From: Oceanicaulis sp.
GTDB lineage: Bacteria; Pseudomonadota; Alphaproteobacteria; Caulobacterales; Maricaulaceae
Assembly: GCF_965249665.1 (NCBI RefSeq)
Contig: NZ_OZ252247.1
Location: 2,339,282-2,403,281, forward strand
DNA: 64,000 nt
Direction of reading: 5' to 3'
The notes under the pieces were generated by a model that saw only the letters and a list, made by a program, of their open reading frames with translations, searched no databases and was not told where the DNA came from. Below, in pieces: positions 48,052-55,825 of the stretch; position 1 is the first letter of the stretch; the number at the start of each line of letters is the position of its first letter. A program made the position numbers and the translations under genes.

Positions 48052-48825
48052 TTATTCAGCCGCAACAGCTTCCTTGTCGAAGAAGAACAGCGCCTGGCTC
48101 ATTGTGGCTGTGACGGTTTCGGGCATGAAGGGCTTGGTCACCAGATAGGTCGGTTCCGGTTTCTCGCCGGTCAGCAAGCGTTCGGGATAGGCGGTGATGA
48201 AGATCACCGGCAGGTTCATCTCGCCCAGTATATCTTTCACGGCGTCGATGCCCGAGCTGTCGTCCGCCAACTGAATATCAGCGAGAACGAGCCCGGGCGG
48301 GGATTTTTGGGCCAGCTCCACGGCCTGGTCGCGGGTTCGAGCCACGCCGGTGACCGTATGGCCGGCATTCTCCACGATAGCTCGCAGATCAAGGGCGATC
48401 ACAGGTTCGTCCTCAATGATCATCACGCGAGTGGCGAGCCCGGCGTTCAGCTCTTGTTGTGCTGAGACCAGCAGAGCCTGAGCCTCATCGTCGCCGATGC
48501 GCAGAATGGAGGCCACATCCTCGATGGAGAACCCTTCGACGGACGTGAGCAGCATGACTTGTCGGGCTTTGGGTGTGACATGCGACAGCGGGTTTTGGCT
48601 GTCTGAGGGATCGGTGACGTCAAGCTGGCTGTTCCAGCACGCGTGGAACAACTGGAAGAGTGCGACATGAGGCGGTAAATCCCGTCCCAGTTCCTCATTG
48701 CCTTCAACAGCCGCCTCCAGACAGGCGCGCACATGGGCGTCACCGCTTTGTTGTGATCCCGTCAGGATGCGCGCATACCGGCGCAGGTAGGGAATATGTG
48801 ACCGTATCGCTGTAACAAAACTCAT
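48052..48825 (-). CDS. phyR: Anti-anti-sigma response regulator PhyR (sigma-like N-domain + receiver)
   Basis: Start preferred at MSFVTAIRSHIPYLRRYARILTG (EcfG-like sigma region). The C-terminal receiver is VMIIEDEPVIALDL...LVLADIQLADDSSGIDAV...KPF. Confidence 0.9.
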   Translation of the reverse strand: MSFVTAIRSHIPYLRRYARILTGSQQSGDAHVRACLEAAVEGNEELGRDLPPHVALFQLFHACWNSQLDVTDPSDSQNPLSHVTPKARQVMLLTSVEGFSIEDVASILRIGDDEAQALLVSAQQELNAGLATRVMIIEDEPVIALDLRAIVENAGHTVTGVARTRDQAVELAQKSPPGLVLADIQLADDSSGIDAVKDILGEMNLPVIFITAYPERLLTGEKPEPTYLVTKPFMPETVTATMSQALFFFDKEAVAAE

Positions 48826-48860
48826 AGTCGGGCTCTCCCCACAAAAAATACCAAGCAACA

Positions 48861-48885
48861 AACGAACAACGATCCAAACGGTTCC
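48861..48885 (-). promoter_or_regulatory. EcfG-type promoter GGAAC-N16-CGTT for phyR
   Basis: Minus strand reads GGAAC cgtttggatcgttgtt CGTT. Confidence 0.75.
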
Positions 48886-48904
48886 AAAAAAATTCAGTTT
48901 TTTG

Positions 48905-48929
48905 GGAACCCGATCCCAGTTTGCTCGTT
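48905..48929 (+). promoter_or_regulatory. EcfG-type autoregulated promoter GGAAC-N16-CGTT for nepR-ecfG
   Basis: Reads GGAAC ccgatcccagtttgct CGTT, 59 nt upstream of the nepR ATG. Confidence 0.8.
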
Positions 48930-48987
48930 CCTCTTATACGGCAGATGTATTCTGTAAGATCTATCTATGTGAGAATGGCGAATATTA

Positions 48988-49206
48988 ATGGCAATGTCTG
49001 AGGATAAAAACAGGGCTGCCGCCAAGCTAGACCCTGCGCTGCTGCAGCGGACTCGCAAGCAGCAGGAAAACCTTGGCGCTGGATTGCGCAAGATGTTTGA
49101 TTCCGTGGTCGAAGAGGGCGTGCCGGACGCTTTTGAAGACCTTCTTGACCGGCTGGAACAAGGCGAGTCCGAGCGCGCCGACGGCAAGGATGACTCTCAT
49201 GAGTAA
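48988..49206 (+). CDS. nepR: Anti-sigma factor NepR
   Basis: 72 aa with ...LGAGLRKMFDSVVEEGVPDAFEDLLDRLE, the NepR signature. The stop overlaps the ecfG start. Confidence 0.8.
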   Translation: MAMSEDKNRAAAKLDPALLQRTRKQQENLGAGLRKMFDSVVEEGVPDAFEDLLDRLEQGESERADGKDDSHE

Positions 49207-49825
49207 GTCCGGTTCAGACGGCGCTGGCCTAACGGCCTCCGAACTCATGCCTCAGGCGGAGTTTCGAAAAGAACTAACCGAAGCCATTCCTCACATGCGC
49301 GCCTTTTCACGAAGTCTGACAGGCGATGCAGCAAGCGCGGACGATCTGGCTCAAGACGCCATGATGAAAGCCTGGTCTGCACGCGACAAATTCAAAGCTG
49401 GAACGAACTTTCGCGCTTGGGTCCTGACCATCGTGCGCAATCAGTTCTACTCCAACAAACGTCGATCCTGGCGCCAGGCGGATTGGGATCAGGAGCTTGC
49501 GGAGCGAACTTTGCCGGCTGTCGACAACCAGGAACAGGTTGTAGCTCTGGACGAATTAAGACGTGGTCTTGCTGAATTGCCCGAAGATCAGCGTGAAGCG
49601 CTCATACTGGTCGGAGCGGGCGGCTATTCCTATGATGAAGCGGCGGAGATTTGCGGTTGCGCGACAGGAACCGTGAAAAGTCGTGTTTCGCGGGCGCGTC
49701 TGGCTTTGGAAGGCATCATGAAAGCCGGACCGGCCGCTAAGGCAAACGCAGATGGCGTCGCCGCCTCTGACGCGGTGGACACGCTGCTTGGTCATGTCAG
49801 CGACCTGGCAGAGCAGGCGCGCTGA
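49199..49825 (+). CDS. ecfG: ECF sigma factor EcfG (SigT-type, ECF15)
   Basis: Start preferred at MSKSGSDG (ATG 49199). Region 2 is DDLAQDAMMKAWSARDKFKAGTNFRAWVLTIVRNQFYS and region 4 is YDEAAEICGCATGTVKSRVSRAR. Confidence 0.9.
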   Translation: MSKSGSDGAGLTASELMPQAEFRKELTEAIPHMRAFSRSLTGDAASADDLAQDAMMKAWSARDKFKAGTNFRAWVLTIVRNQFYSNKRRSWRQADWDQELAERTLPAVDNQEQVVALDELRRGLAELPEDQREALILVGAGGYSYDEAAEICGCATGTVKSRVSRARLALEGIMKAGPAAKANADGVAASDAVDTLLGHVSDLAEQAR

Positions 49826-49827
49826 CC

Positions 49828-51426
49828 ATGCCTTTCAACCCTGGGGGCGCCATGACCGGGCGATTACGTTTCGTACTCGCCCTGGTCCTTGCTGTTGCGC
49901 TGTTCCCGCTCTTGTTAATCGCCATGGCGCAAACCTGGAGCGAAGCGCGTGAAGAGCAACGCGTGCAGAGTGATCGCATGATCATTCTGGGCGCTTTGGC
50001 GGCGTCCGAGCTCAATGAATCCATCGCGCGGGCGCAAGGCGTAGTCGATGCTGTCTCCACGCGGGGGTTCGCTTTCATGAGCGCGCCGGGGGGATGCAGC
50101 CGGGCCATGGCGCAAATCGCCCGCGGCGATTCCGTCCTGACCAACATTGCTCTGACGGATGCGAATGGCGAAATCATTTGCACCGGTCTTGAAGAAGCCC
50201 AGGACCTGAATATGGCGTCAGAGGAGTGGCACGCGGCGCTGAGTAGCGGTGAGCAGCAAACCGTGTCCGGTGTTTTGATGGGACCGGTCTCCAGAACCCC
50301 CATTCTCGTGGTCGCGAACCGTCTTGGAGACGGGCCTGATTTCAGAGGCACGGCGGCAGCTGCCATTGATGTGCTGCGCGCCTCAAGAATCCTCATCGAC
50401 AACGCCATGGCGGATGGCAGTCAGGTCCTGCTCGTCACGCCGACTGAGGCGCGCGAAGTGGACCGTTCGCGTACGCTCATGCCAGCGAGCATCGAAATTC
50501 AGGACGATTTGCTTCAAAGCGTCCAACTGATCGATGAGCCCCAACCGACACGTATTCGGTTTGAAGGCGAAGACAGACCCGCTGTGCTCGCCCCCCTTGT
50601 CGGGGGACAGCTCGCCTTGCTGCTGATCTCACCCACACCGACGACGCAATGGGGGCTGGTGTCAGTCGCCGTGACCTTTCTGGTGCCTTTGTTGATGTAC
50701 GCTTTGGCGCTTGTGAGTGTATGGTTGGCCGTCGACCATTACGTCCTGCGCTGGTTGGGATATTTACGCCGGATCGCTGCGGTGTATGGCGGCGGACGTC
50801 TGGACGTCGTGCCGGTCCGGGCGCGCAATGCACCGAGCGAAATCCGGGAGCTGGCGAACACCATGGGCGAGATGGCGTCGTCCCTGGACAAGCAGCAAAG
50901 CGAGCTTGAAGCGTCGGTCGAGCAGCGTGGCGCATTGCTTCGCGAAATTCACCACCGGGTCAAAAACAACCTGCAGATCATCGTTAGCCTGCTCAATCTT
51001 CAGGCGGGGCGGATGACAGACGGGGAGGCCCGCATGGCGTTAATGGAGGCGCGCCGCCGCATCAACGCTTTGTCGCTCGTCCACCGCAGCCTGTATGAGG
51101 CGGATGATCTGAGAGCGGTTTACATGCCGGGTTTCCTCAGGGAGCTTGCGCTAAATCTCCAGCAGGCCAGCGATGACGGATCGCGTGCTGTCAGCGTGCA
51201 GGCGGAGTGCGATGAAGTGTCCTTTGAACCGGATACAGCAGTGCCGATCGCACTCTTCGTGGCGGAGGCTGTCACCAACGCCTACAAGCACGCCTTCACC
51301 CAGCGCACCCAGGGGCGCATTCTGATCTCCTTGAGCGCCACCGAGCCTGAAGCCCTGATCTTGCGGGTCTCTGATGACGGCGAGGGCATGGGGAGCATGC
51401 ATCACAGGGCACGGGCTCGTCATTGA
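49828..51426 (+). CDS. HisKA_2-type sensor histidine kinase (PhyK-like); ORF truncated before the G2 box
   Basis: Two TM helices flank a roughly 270 aa periplasmic domain. The H-box is EIHHRVKNNLQIIVSLLNLQ, followed by an N-box and a G1 box VSDDGEGMG. A stop follows at 51424-51426. The expected G2 box and tail (QGTGSSLMEAFAMQLDGRTWSEPNADGGMDFVLQVGEEND*) are readable in the -1 frame, which is open from 51378 to the stop at 51525-51527. Confidence 0.8.
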   Translation: MPFNPGGAMTGRLRFVLALVLAVALFPLLLIAMAQTWSEAREEQRVQSDRMIILGALAASELNESIARAQGVVDAVSTRGFAFMSAPGGCSRAMAQIARGDSVLTNIALTDANGEIICTGLEEAQDLNMASEEWHAALSSGEQQTVSGVLMGPVSRTPILVVANRLGDGPDFRGTAAAAIDVLRASRILIDNAMADGSQVLLVTPTEAREVDRSRTLMPASIEIQDDLLQSVQLIDEPQPTRIRFEGEDRPAVLAPLVGGQLALLLISPTPTTQWGLVSVAVTFLVPLLMYALALVSVWLAVDHYVLRWLGYLRRIAAVYGGGRLDVVPVRARNAPSEIRELANTMGEMASSLDKQQSELEASVEQRGALLREIHHRVKNNLQIIVSLLNLQAGRMTDGEARMALMEARRRINALSLVHRSLYEADDLRAVYMPGFLRELALNLQQASDDGSRAVSVQAECDEVSFEPDTAVPIALFVAEAVTNAYKHAFTQRTQGRILISLSATEPEALILRVSDDGEGMGSMHHRARARH

Positions 51427-51534
51427 TGGAGGCGTTCGCCATGCAGCTGGACGGCCGGACCTGGTCTGAACCCAATGCAGATGGCGGCATGGATTTTGTT
51501 CTGCAGGTGGGCGAAGAAAACGACTGACATTAAG

Positions 51535-51559
51535 GGAACGCCTTGTGTGCTGGCGCGTT
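51535..51559 (+). promoter_or_regulatory. EcfG-type promoter GGAAC-N16-CGTT
   Basis: Reads GGAAC gccttgtgtgctggcg CGTT, 30 nt upstream of the entericidin-like ATG. Confidence 0.7.
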
Positions 51560-51588
51560 TTATTGAGGCCATAACCCAGGAGGTTTCT

Positions 51589-51726
51589 ATGAAATACGTT
51601 GTTCTTTGTGCTTTTGCTGTCGCTACGCTTTTGTTGACCGGATGCAACACTATTGCAGGTGCAGGTCGCGATATCGAAGAAGCTGGCGATGCTATTGAAG
51701 ACACGGCAGAAGAAAACCGAAACTAG
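51589..51726 (+). CDS. Entericidin EcnA/B-family small lipoprotein
   Basis: 45 aa, below the track cutoff in this frame. My translation is MKYVVLCAFAVATLLLTGCNTIAGAGRDIEEAGDAIEDTAEENRN. SD aggagg lies upstream. Confidence 0.8.
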   Translation: MKYVVLCAFAVATLLLTGCNTIAGAGRDIEEAGDAIEDTAEENRN

Positions 51727-51742
51727 GCTCAGTCCTGTTTTG

Positions 51743-51773
51743 AAAAGGCCCCGTCATTTGACGGGGCCTTTTT
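51743..51773. terminator. Bidirectional intrinsic terminator
   Basis: aaaa-ggccccgtc-attt-gacggggcc-ttttt, shared by the convergent entericidin-like and amidotransferase-like genes. Confidence 0.8.
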
Positions 51774-52447
51774 CATTGGCATTGCTTGATGAAAGTCCTG
51801 AATAGACGTCTCATATCACGTCTGTATACAAGTAATTCGGGGTGGAATTGAACGCCTAGCCGCAAGGGTGCAGTGTCTGCCTGAATGGCCTGAACGCCGC
51901 CTCGCTCTCCGCAGGCGACCGCGTGAAATCCTGGTGCAACCTTGCGCACGGCCCGGCGGTGAAGACTGTTCACCCGAACGCTCTCGTGAGGCGCAACACA
52001 GTCAGCCAGAAGGCTTTCCCCGATCAGCGTGATCGGCTTTCTGAAAAAGGTGTAGCCGATCGGGCCGTTCGGCCAGTCGCGCGTCATGTCGGGGTCCAGC
52101 GTCTGGTGCAGATCTCCACCATAAAAGACGTTGAGCATTTGCAGGCCGCGACAAACGCCCATGACCGGCAGATCGTGATCTTTCGCATGTTGAAGCCAGC
52201 TGATTTCAAGTGCGTCCCGATCGGGATCAAACTGGCTCTCAACTTCAACGGAGGCGTCATACTGGCTCGGATGGATGTCCAGGCCGCCCATCAGGATCAG
52301 GCCGTCTAACCGGCGCTTCCCCGAAGTGGGCGCGTTCTTCACCCGCACCGGCTTGCCGCCGGACAGGCGGATCACGGCGTCCACAAGTACAGACAACAAT
52401 ATGTCGCCCTTGGGGGCGGTCACATAGCCAATGACAGGACGTGTCAT
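51773..52447 (-). CDS. Class I glutamine amidotransferase-like / peptidase C26 (gamma-glutamyl hydrolase) family protein
   Basis: 224 aa with LDGLILMGGLDIHP, the nucleophile VMGVCRGLQMLNV and a His region LGVQFHPE. Overlaps the upstream ATP-grasp stop by 4 nt. Confidence 0.8.
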   Translation of the reverse strand: MTRPVIGYVTAPKGDILLSVLVDAVIRLSGGKPVRVKNAPTSGKRRLDGLILMGGLDIHPSQYDASVEVESQFDPDRDALEISWLQHAKDHDLPVMGVCRGLQMLNVFYGGDLHQTLDPDMTRDWPNGPIGYTFFRKPITLIGESLLADCVAPHESVRVNSLHRRAVRKVAPGFHAVACGERGGVQAIQADTAPLRLGVQFHPELLVYRRDMRRLFRTFIKQCQ

Positions 52448-53739
52448 GATCCAACCGAGTCAAAGCTGATTTCTGGCGGCAGCTCGCCGTACTTGGCCAG
52501 ATGCGACACAATGAACAGAGCGCCGAGCGCCGCGGCTGGGTCATCCTTGGCCAAAAGGTCCACATCCAGATGAGACCGGTCCATCACGCGAAGCGTCACA
52601 TCCTCAAGGGCTTCTTTCGCGGCTTTCGCATCTGATAGAGACGCGAGCACGCGTCCAAACTTTTTCAGACTGAAGCCTTTGGAATTCTTAAGTCGCTTCC
52701 AGCTCTCAGACAGCTGATTGGCGTACTCGCTCGCGCTGAAAGCCCCGTCTATCGCGGAGGGAAGCCAGGCGAGCGGGACTTGGGACCGAAAGCCGATCTC
52801 CGGCGTGCCCGGCTCAGAGCGCAAGGCGCCGTGCAAGGTCAGCTCCGCCAGCAAGCGCGCATAGTCGACGCCGCTCAGCGTGGAGTGACGCAATCCAGCC
52901 CAGAACCGCGCATTCACCTCAATGGCAGAAGGGGCGTCGTCTTCCTCTCCGGTCCACATGAAATCGGCTTCGAAGACACCTGTCCAATTGGTGGCCTTGG
53001 CGATCTTGCGCACATCCGCTTCGAAGGGAGCGGTGCTGACGGTTTCACGCACAACGCCGGCGCCCGCTTCGCGCGGTTGGTTTTCGAGATTGGTGTAGGC
53101 TGACATCACCAAGACGTCTCCTTCATGCACCAACGCGCTGACACAGTAATCATCGCCATCCGCCAGTGATTGCGCCAGCAGCGGATAGTCGTTTTCGTGA
53201 GCTTTGAGATAGGCCTCGTATTCATCCTGTGAGGCGATCTTGGAAATCCCGCGACCGCCTGCGCCCCGGCTCGGCTTCATCAAGATCGGGAACGGCGTCT
53301 CCGGTCCTTCTTGCGCTTCTGTCTCGGTCTCAAAGATCTGGGTTTTCGGGGCGTTGATATCGTTGTCCCAGATCAAAGCCGCAAAATGGTGTTTGGGCGT
53401 GACTTTTTCGATGGATGAGCAATCCGGGGCGGCCAGTCTGGCGTTGGTCGGCAGCAGGGATTTGTGGCGCGCCAGCGCTTCCATATCTTCAAACCCTGGC
53501 AGGATCAGGACCGTATCGTCTGCAAACTCCTCACAGATATCCGCGATGTCCCGAGTGTAGGCCTCCTCATCTGAAGGCTCGCTCACCGTCCGCGTTTCAT
53601 CGCAATATTTCGAGAAGGACAGGGCGGTCAGCCCGATCGTGTCCAGGCCGATAACATGGTCGACCATAGGCCGGACCGACTCTGCAATGGTCAAAGCCAT
53701 CAGGCTGCGTCCATAGGTGATCAATGCGCATGTCTTCAT
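52444..53739 (-). CDS. ATP-grasp domain ligase, function unknown
   Basis: Start preferred at MKTCALITYG. Contains PILMKPSRGAGGRGI (phosphate loop) and IEVNARFW (the E-x-N Mg site). The roughly 120 aa C-terminal extension matches no family I recognise. Confidence 0.8.
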   Translation of the reverse strand: MKTCALITYGRSLMALTIAESVRPMVDHVIGLDTIGLTALSFSKYCDETRTVSEPSDEEAYTRDIADICEEFADDTVLILPGFEDMEALARHKSLLPTNARLAAPDCSSIEKVTPKHHFAALIWDNDINAPKTQIFETETEAQEGPETPFPILMKPSRGAGGRGISKIASQDEYEAYLKAHENDYPLLAQSLADGDDYCVSALVHEGDVLVMSAYTNLENQPREAGAGVVRETVSTAPFEADVRKIAKATNWTGVFEADFMWTGEEDDAPSAIEVNARFWAGLRHSTLSGVDYARLLAELTLHGALRSEPGTPEIGFRSQVPLAWLPSAIDGAFSASEYANQLSESWKRLKNSKGFSLKKFGRVLASLSDAKAAKEALEDVTLRVMDRSHLDVDLLAKDDPAAALGALFIVSHLAKYGELPPEISFDSVGS

Positions 53740-53748
53740 GATTGTCGT

Positions 53749-53774
53749 AACGCGCGGACCGCACATGTCGTTCC
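53749..53774 (-). promoter_or_regulatory. EcfG-type promoter GGAAC-N17-CGTT for the ATP-grasp operon (near-leaderless)
   Basis: Minus strand reads GGAAC gacatgtgcggtccgcg CGTT. Only 9 nt separate CGTT from ATG 53739. Confidence 0.6.
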
Positions 53775-53787
53775 CGGCAGTTCTTTT

Positions 53788-53813
53788 GGAACGCTTTCTC
53801 GGTTACGTGCGTT
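53788..53813 (+). promoter_or_regulatory. EcfG-type promoter GGAAC-N17-CGTT
   Basis: Reads GGAAC gctttctcggttacgtg CGTT, 16 nt upstream of ATG 53830. Confidence 0.65.
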
Positions 53814-53829
53814 TCAGAGGCCTACAACC

Positions 53830-54006
53830 ATGGAGCAGGTGATGAAAAACCAAAAACCGAGTCCTGTCGTTCTGGTCGCCGTCGCCCTCGTTCTTGTGCT
53901 GATTGGCACGCTTGGCACGTTGGTCTGGCAGGAATCTCAAGACGACACGGTCGAAATCCAGTTCGGGGATGGAAGCGTTCGCTTTGAAACCGGCGGGCTG
54001 GAGTAA
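53830..54006 (+). CDS. Hypothetical 58 aa single-pass membrane protein
   Basis: My preferred start inside track ORF 53656..54006 gives MEQVMKNQKPSPVVLVAVALVLVLIGTLGTLVWQESQDDTVEIQFGDGSVRFETGGLE. A T-rich hairpin follows at about 54064-54096. Confidence 0.5.
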   Translation: MEQVMKNQKPSPVVLVAVALVLVLIGTLGTLVWQESQDDTVEIQFGDGSVRFETGGLE

Positions 54007-54113
54007 TTTTCGGCCCTTCCGGCTGCTTTTTGGCCACACTTGTTTCCGATAGGATGCATGACTGGCGAGGCTGAGGCCCCGCCTTTCTTTTTTGACGGAC
54101 GATTGCGGAACCC

Positions 54114-55823
54114 GTGCTGATGACTGTGCTTCGCGCACTTGCCTTGATTGCGTGCATCGCCCTGACCGCTGAAGCCCGTGGGCAAACTGTGTCGGTAATT
54201 GGAGAGGACAGCGCCGAGTTGTCCGCTGCACTGCAGTCCCTCCTTGAGGAGCGGGCGAAGAGCGGCTCGTCAGATGCCCAGGCGAGCGCGAACACCCTGC
54301 TGCGGTATCTTCGGTCCGAGGGCTATTACACAGCCCGCGTGATCATTGATCAAAGCGATGAGGCCCCAAGCTTTCAGGTGACGCCGGGAGAAAAGTTTCG
54401 CTTTTCCACCCTGGACGTTGTGGCGCATGGGCATGAAGGCGCGCGGTCAGTCGCGCGCAACGCCATCGCGCTAGATGAAGGGGATCCGGTTCGAGCAGCG
54501 GACGTGCTGGCTGCAGAGACAAGCGGGCTACGCGCTCTGCGTGTTTCGGGATGGCCGGATGCGCGTCTGGAGAACCGCGTGGTCACGGTCGATCACGCAG
54601 ACGCCAGCGGTGATGCTGTTTTCACGTATGATCCTGGCGCAGAAAGCCTTTACGGCGACATCTTACTCGATACCGATCGGTGGCGCGCCAGTTTCGTGCG
54701 CCGCTTGGCGCCGTTCACTCCCGGTGAGCGGGTCAGTCTGGCCAAGCTACGGAGTTTTGAAAGCCGACTTGAGGCGCTTGAAAGCATATCGGGCGCGGCT
54801 GTGACTTTGTCGCCGCCGAATGAGGTGGAAGGCCCGCAAAGCCGCGATGTCAACGTTTCGGCGATGCCGTCGCCCCGGCATGTTGCTGAGGCTGGGTTCA
54901 GCCTATCCACCAGCGAAGGCGGCGGCGTGAGCGGCGGGTATAAACGGCGCAATCTGTTCGGGGGTGACGAAACCCTCAACGTCACACTGAATCTGGCGAC
55001 CGTGCAGAGTGGTCTGCACTTGGAGCTGACCGCCCCGCATTGGCGGAGGCTTGGGCAGGCGTTGACGTTGGAAGCGCGCGCCGAGCGTGAAGAAACAGAC
55101 GCCTACGATCTGGCTGAGGCCGGTGTTGGCGCGCGGGTATCGCGCCCCATAAACGATAAGCTTAATGTGTCGATAGGTGGTGATCTCAGCATTGCCAATA
55201 GCGAGACCGAAACCCTTGATCTCAATGTCTACACAAGTTCGGTTTCGCTGGGCGCCGTTTGGGATAGCCGCGACAGCGCGATCATCCCCACTGATGGTGA
55301 ATTGTTTTCGGTGGATGTCTCGCCCACCCTGTTGAGCGGCGACGCATCTTCGTCCTATCTCAGGACTGTGGGGGAAGCCCGCACCTATCAGCGCCTGTCT
55401 TCATCCTTGATCCTCGCGGGGCGTTTGCGCGCCGGTGCGTTGATCGGGGCGCCGTTACAGTCCTTGCCGCCCGAACAACGTTTCTTCGCGGGCGGCGGCG
55501 GGTCGGCTCGGGGCTATGATTATCAGTCGCTTTCGCCCCGCGATGATGAAGGGGATTTGGTCGGCGGACGCTCCATAATTGAATCCAGCATTGAGCTCAG
55601 ATGGCGCCAATCACGGCGCTGGGGCGCCGTGATGTTCGTGGATTCTGCGGCGGCGGGACGCGATGAAACTCCTGATTTTGGGGCGGCCCGCAGCGCGATC
55701 GGCGCCGGGCTTCGATATTATCTCGATTTCGCGCCGCTGCGCTTTGACATCGCAACGCCACTCGACCCCATTTCCGGCGATCCTCAAATCCAGCTTTACA
55801 TCGGGCTTGGGGAGGCGTTCTGA
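54114..55823 (+). CDS. tamA: Translocation and assembly module outer-membrane subunit TamA (Omp85 family)
   Basis: 569 aa with a signal peptide, POTRA-like N-terminus and an Omp85 barrel ending ...LYIGLGEAF. The start may be ATG 54120. Confidence 0.85.
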   Translation: MLMTVLRALALIACIALTAEARGQTVSVIGEDSAELSAALQSLLEERAKSGSSDAQASANTLLRYLRSEGYYTARVIIDQSDEAPSFQVTPGEKFRFSTLDVVAHGHEGARSVARNAIALDEGDPVRAADVLAAETSGLRALRVSGWPDARLENRVVTVDHADASGDAVFTYDPGAESLYGDILLDTDRWRASFVRRLAPFTPGERVSLAKLRSFESRLEALESISGAAVTLSPPNEVEGPQSRDVNVSAMPSPRHVAEAGFSLSTSEGGGVSGGYKRRNLFGGDETLNVTLNLATVQSGLHLELTAPHWRRLGQALTLEARAEREETDAYDLAEAGVGARVSRPINDKLNVSIGGDLSIANSETETLDLNVYTSSVSLGAVWDSRDSAIIPTDGELFSVDVSPTLLSGDASSSYLRTVGEARTYQRLSSSLILAGRLRAGALIGAPLQSLPPEQRFFAGGGGSARGYDYQSLSPRDDEGDLVGGRSIIESSIELRWRQSRRWGAVMFVDSAAAGRDETPDFGAARSAIGAGLRYYLDFAPLRFDIATPLDPISGDPQIQLYIGLGEAF

Positions 55824-55825
55824 CG

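Noticed and set aside
51385-51430. Programmed -1 ribosomal frameshift in the GSR kinase
   Set aside because: There is no X-XXY-YYZ slippery heptamer or downstream pseudoknot-like structure at the frame junction. An indel or sequencing error in the GGGG run is the simpler explanation.
40121-54006. Possibility that the stress island is an integrative mobile element inserted at tRNA-Leu
   Set aside because: There is no integrase, excisionase, transposase or conjugation gene. By eye I saw no direct repeat of the tRNA 3' end at the far boundary. Codon and GC usage of the genes looks like the rest of the window. The tRNA adjacency is noted, but a mobile-element call is not supported. An exact-match search for the tRNA 3' 20-mer would settle it.
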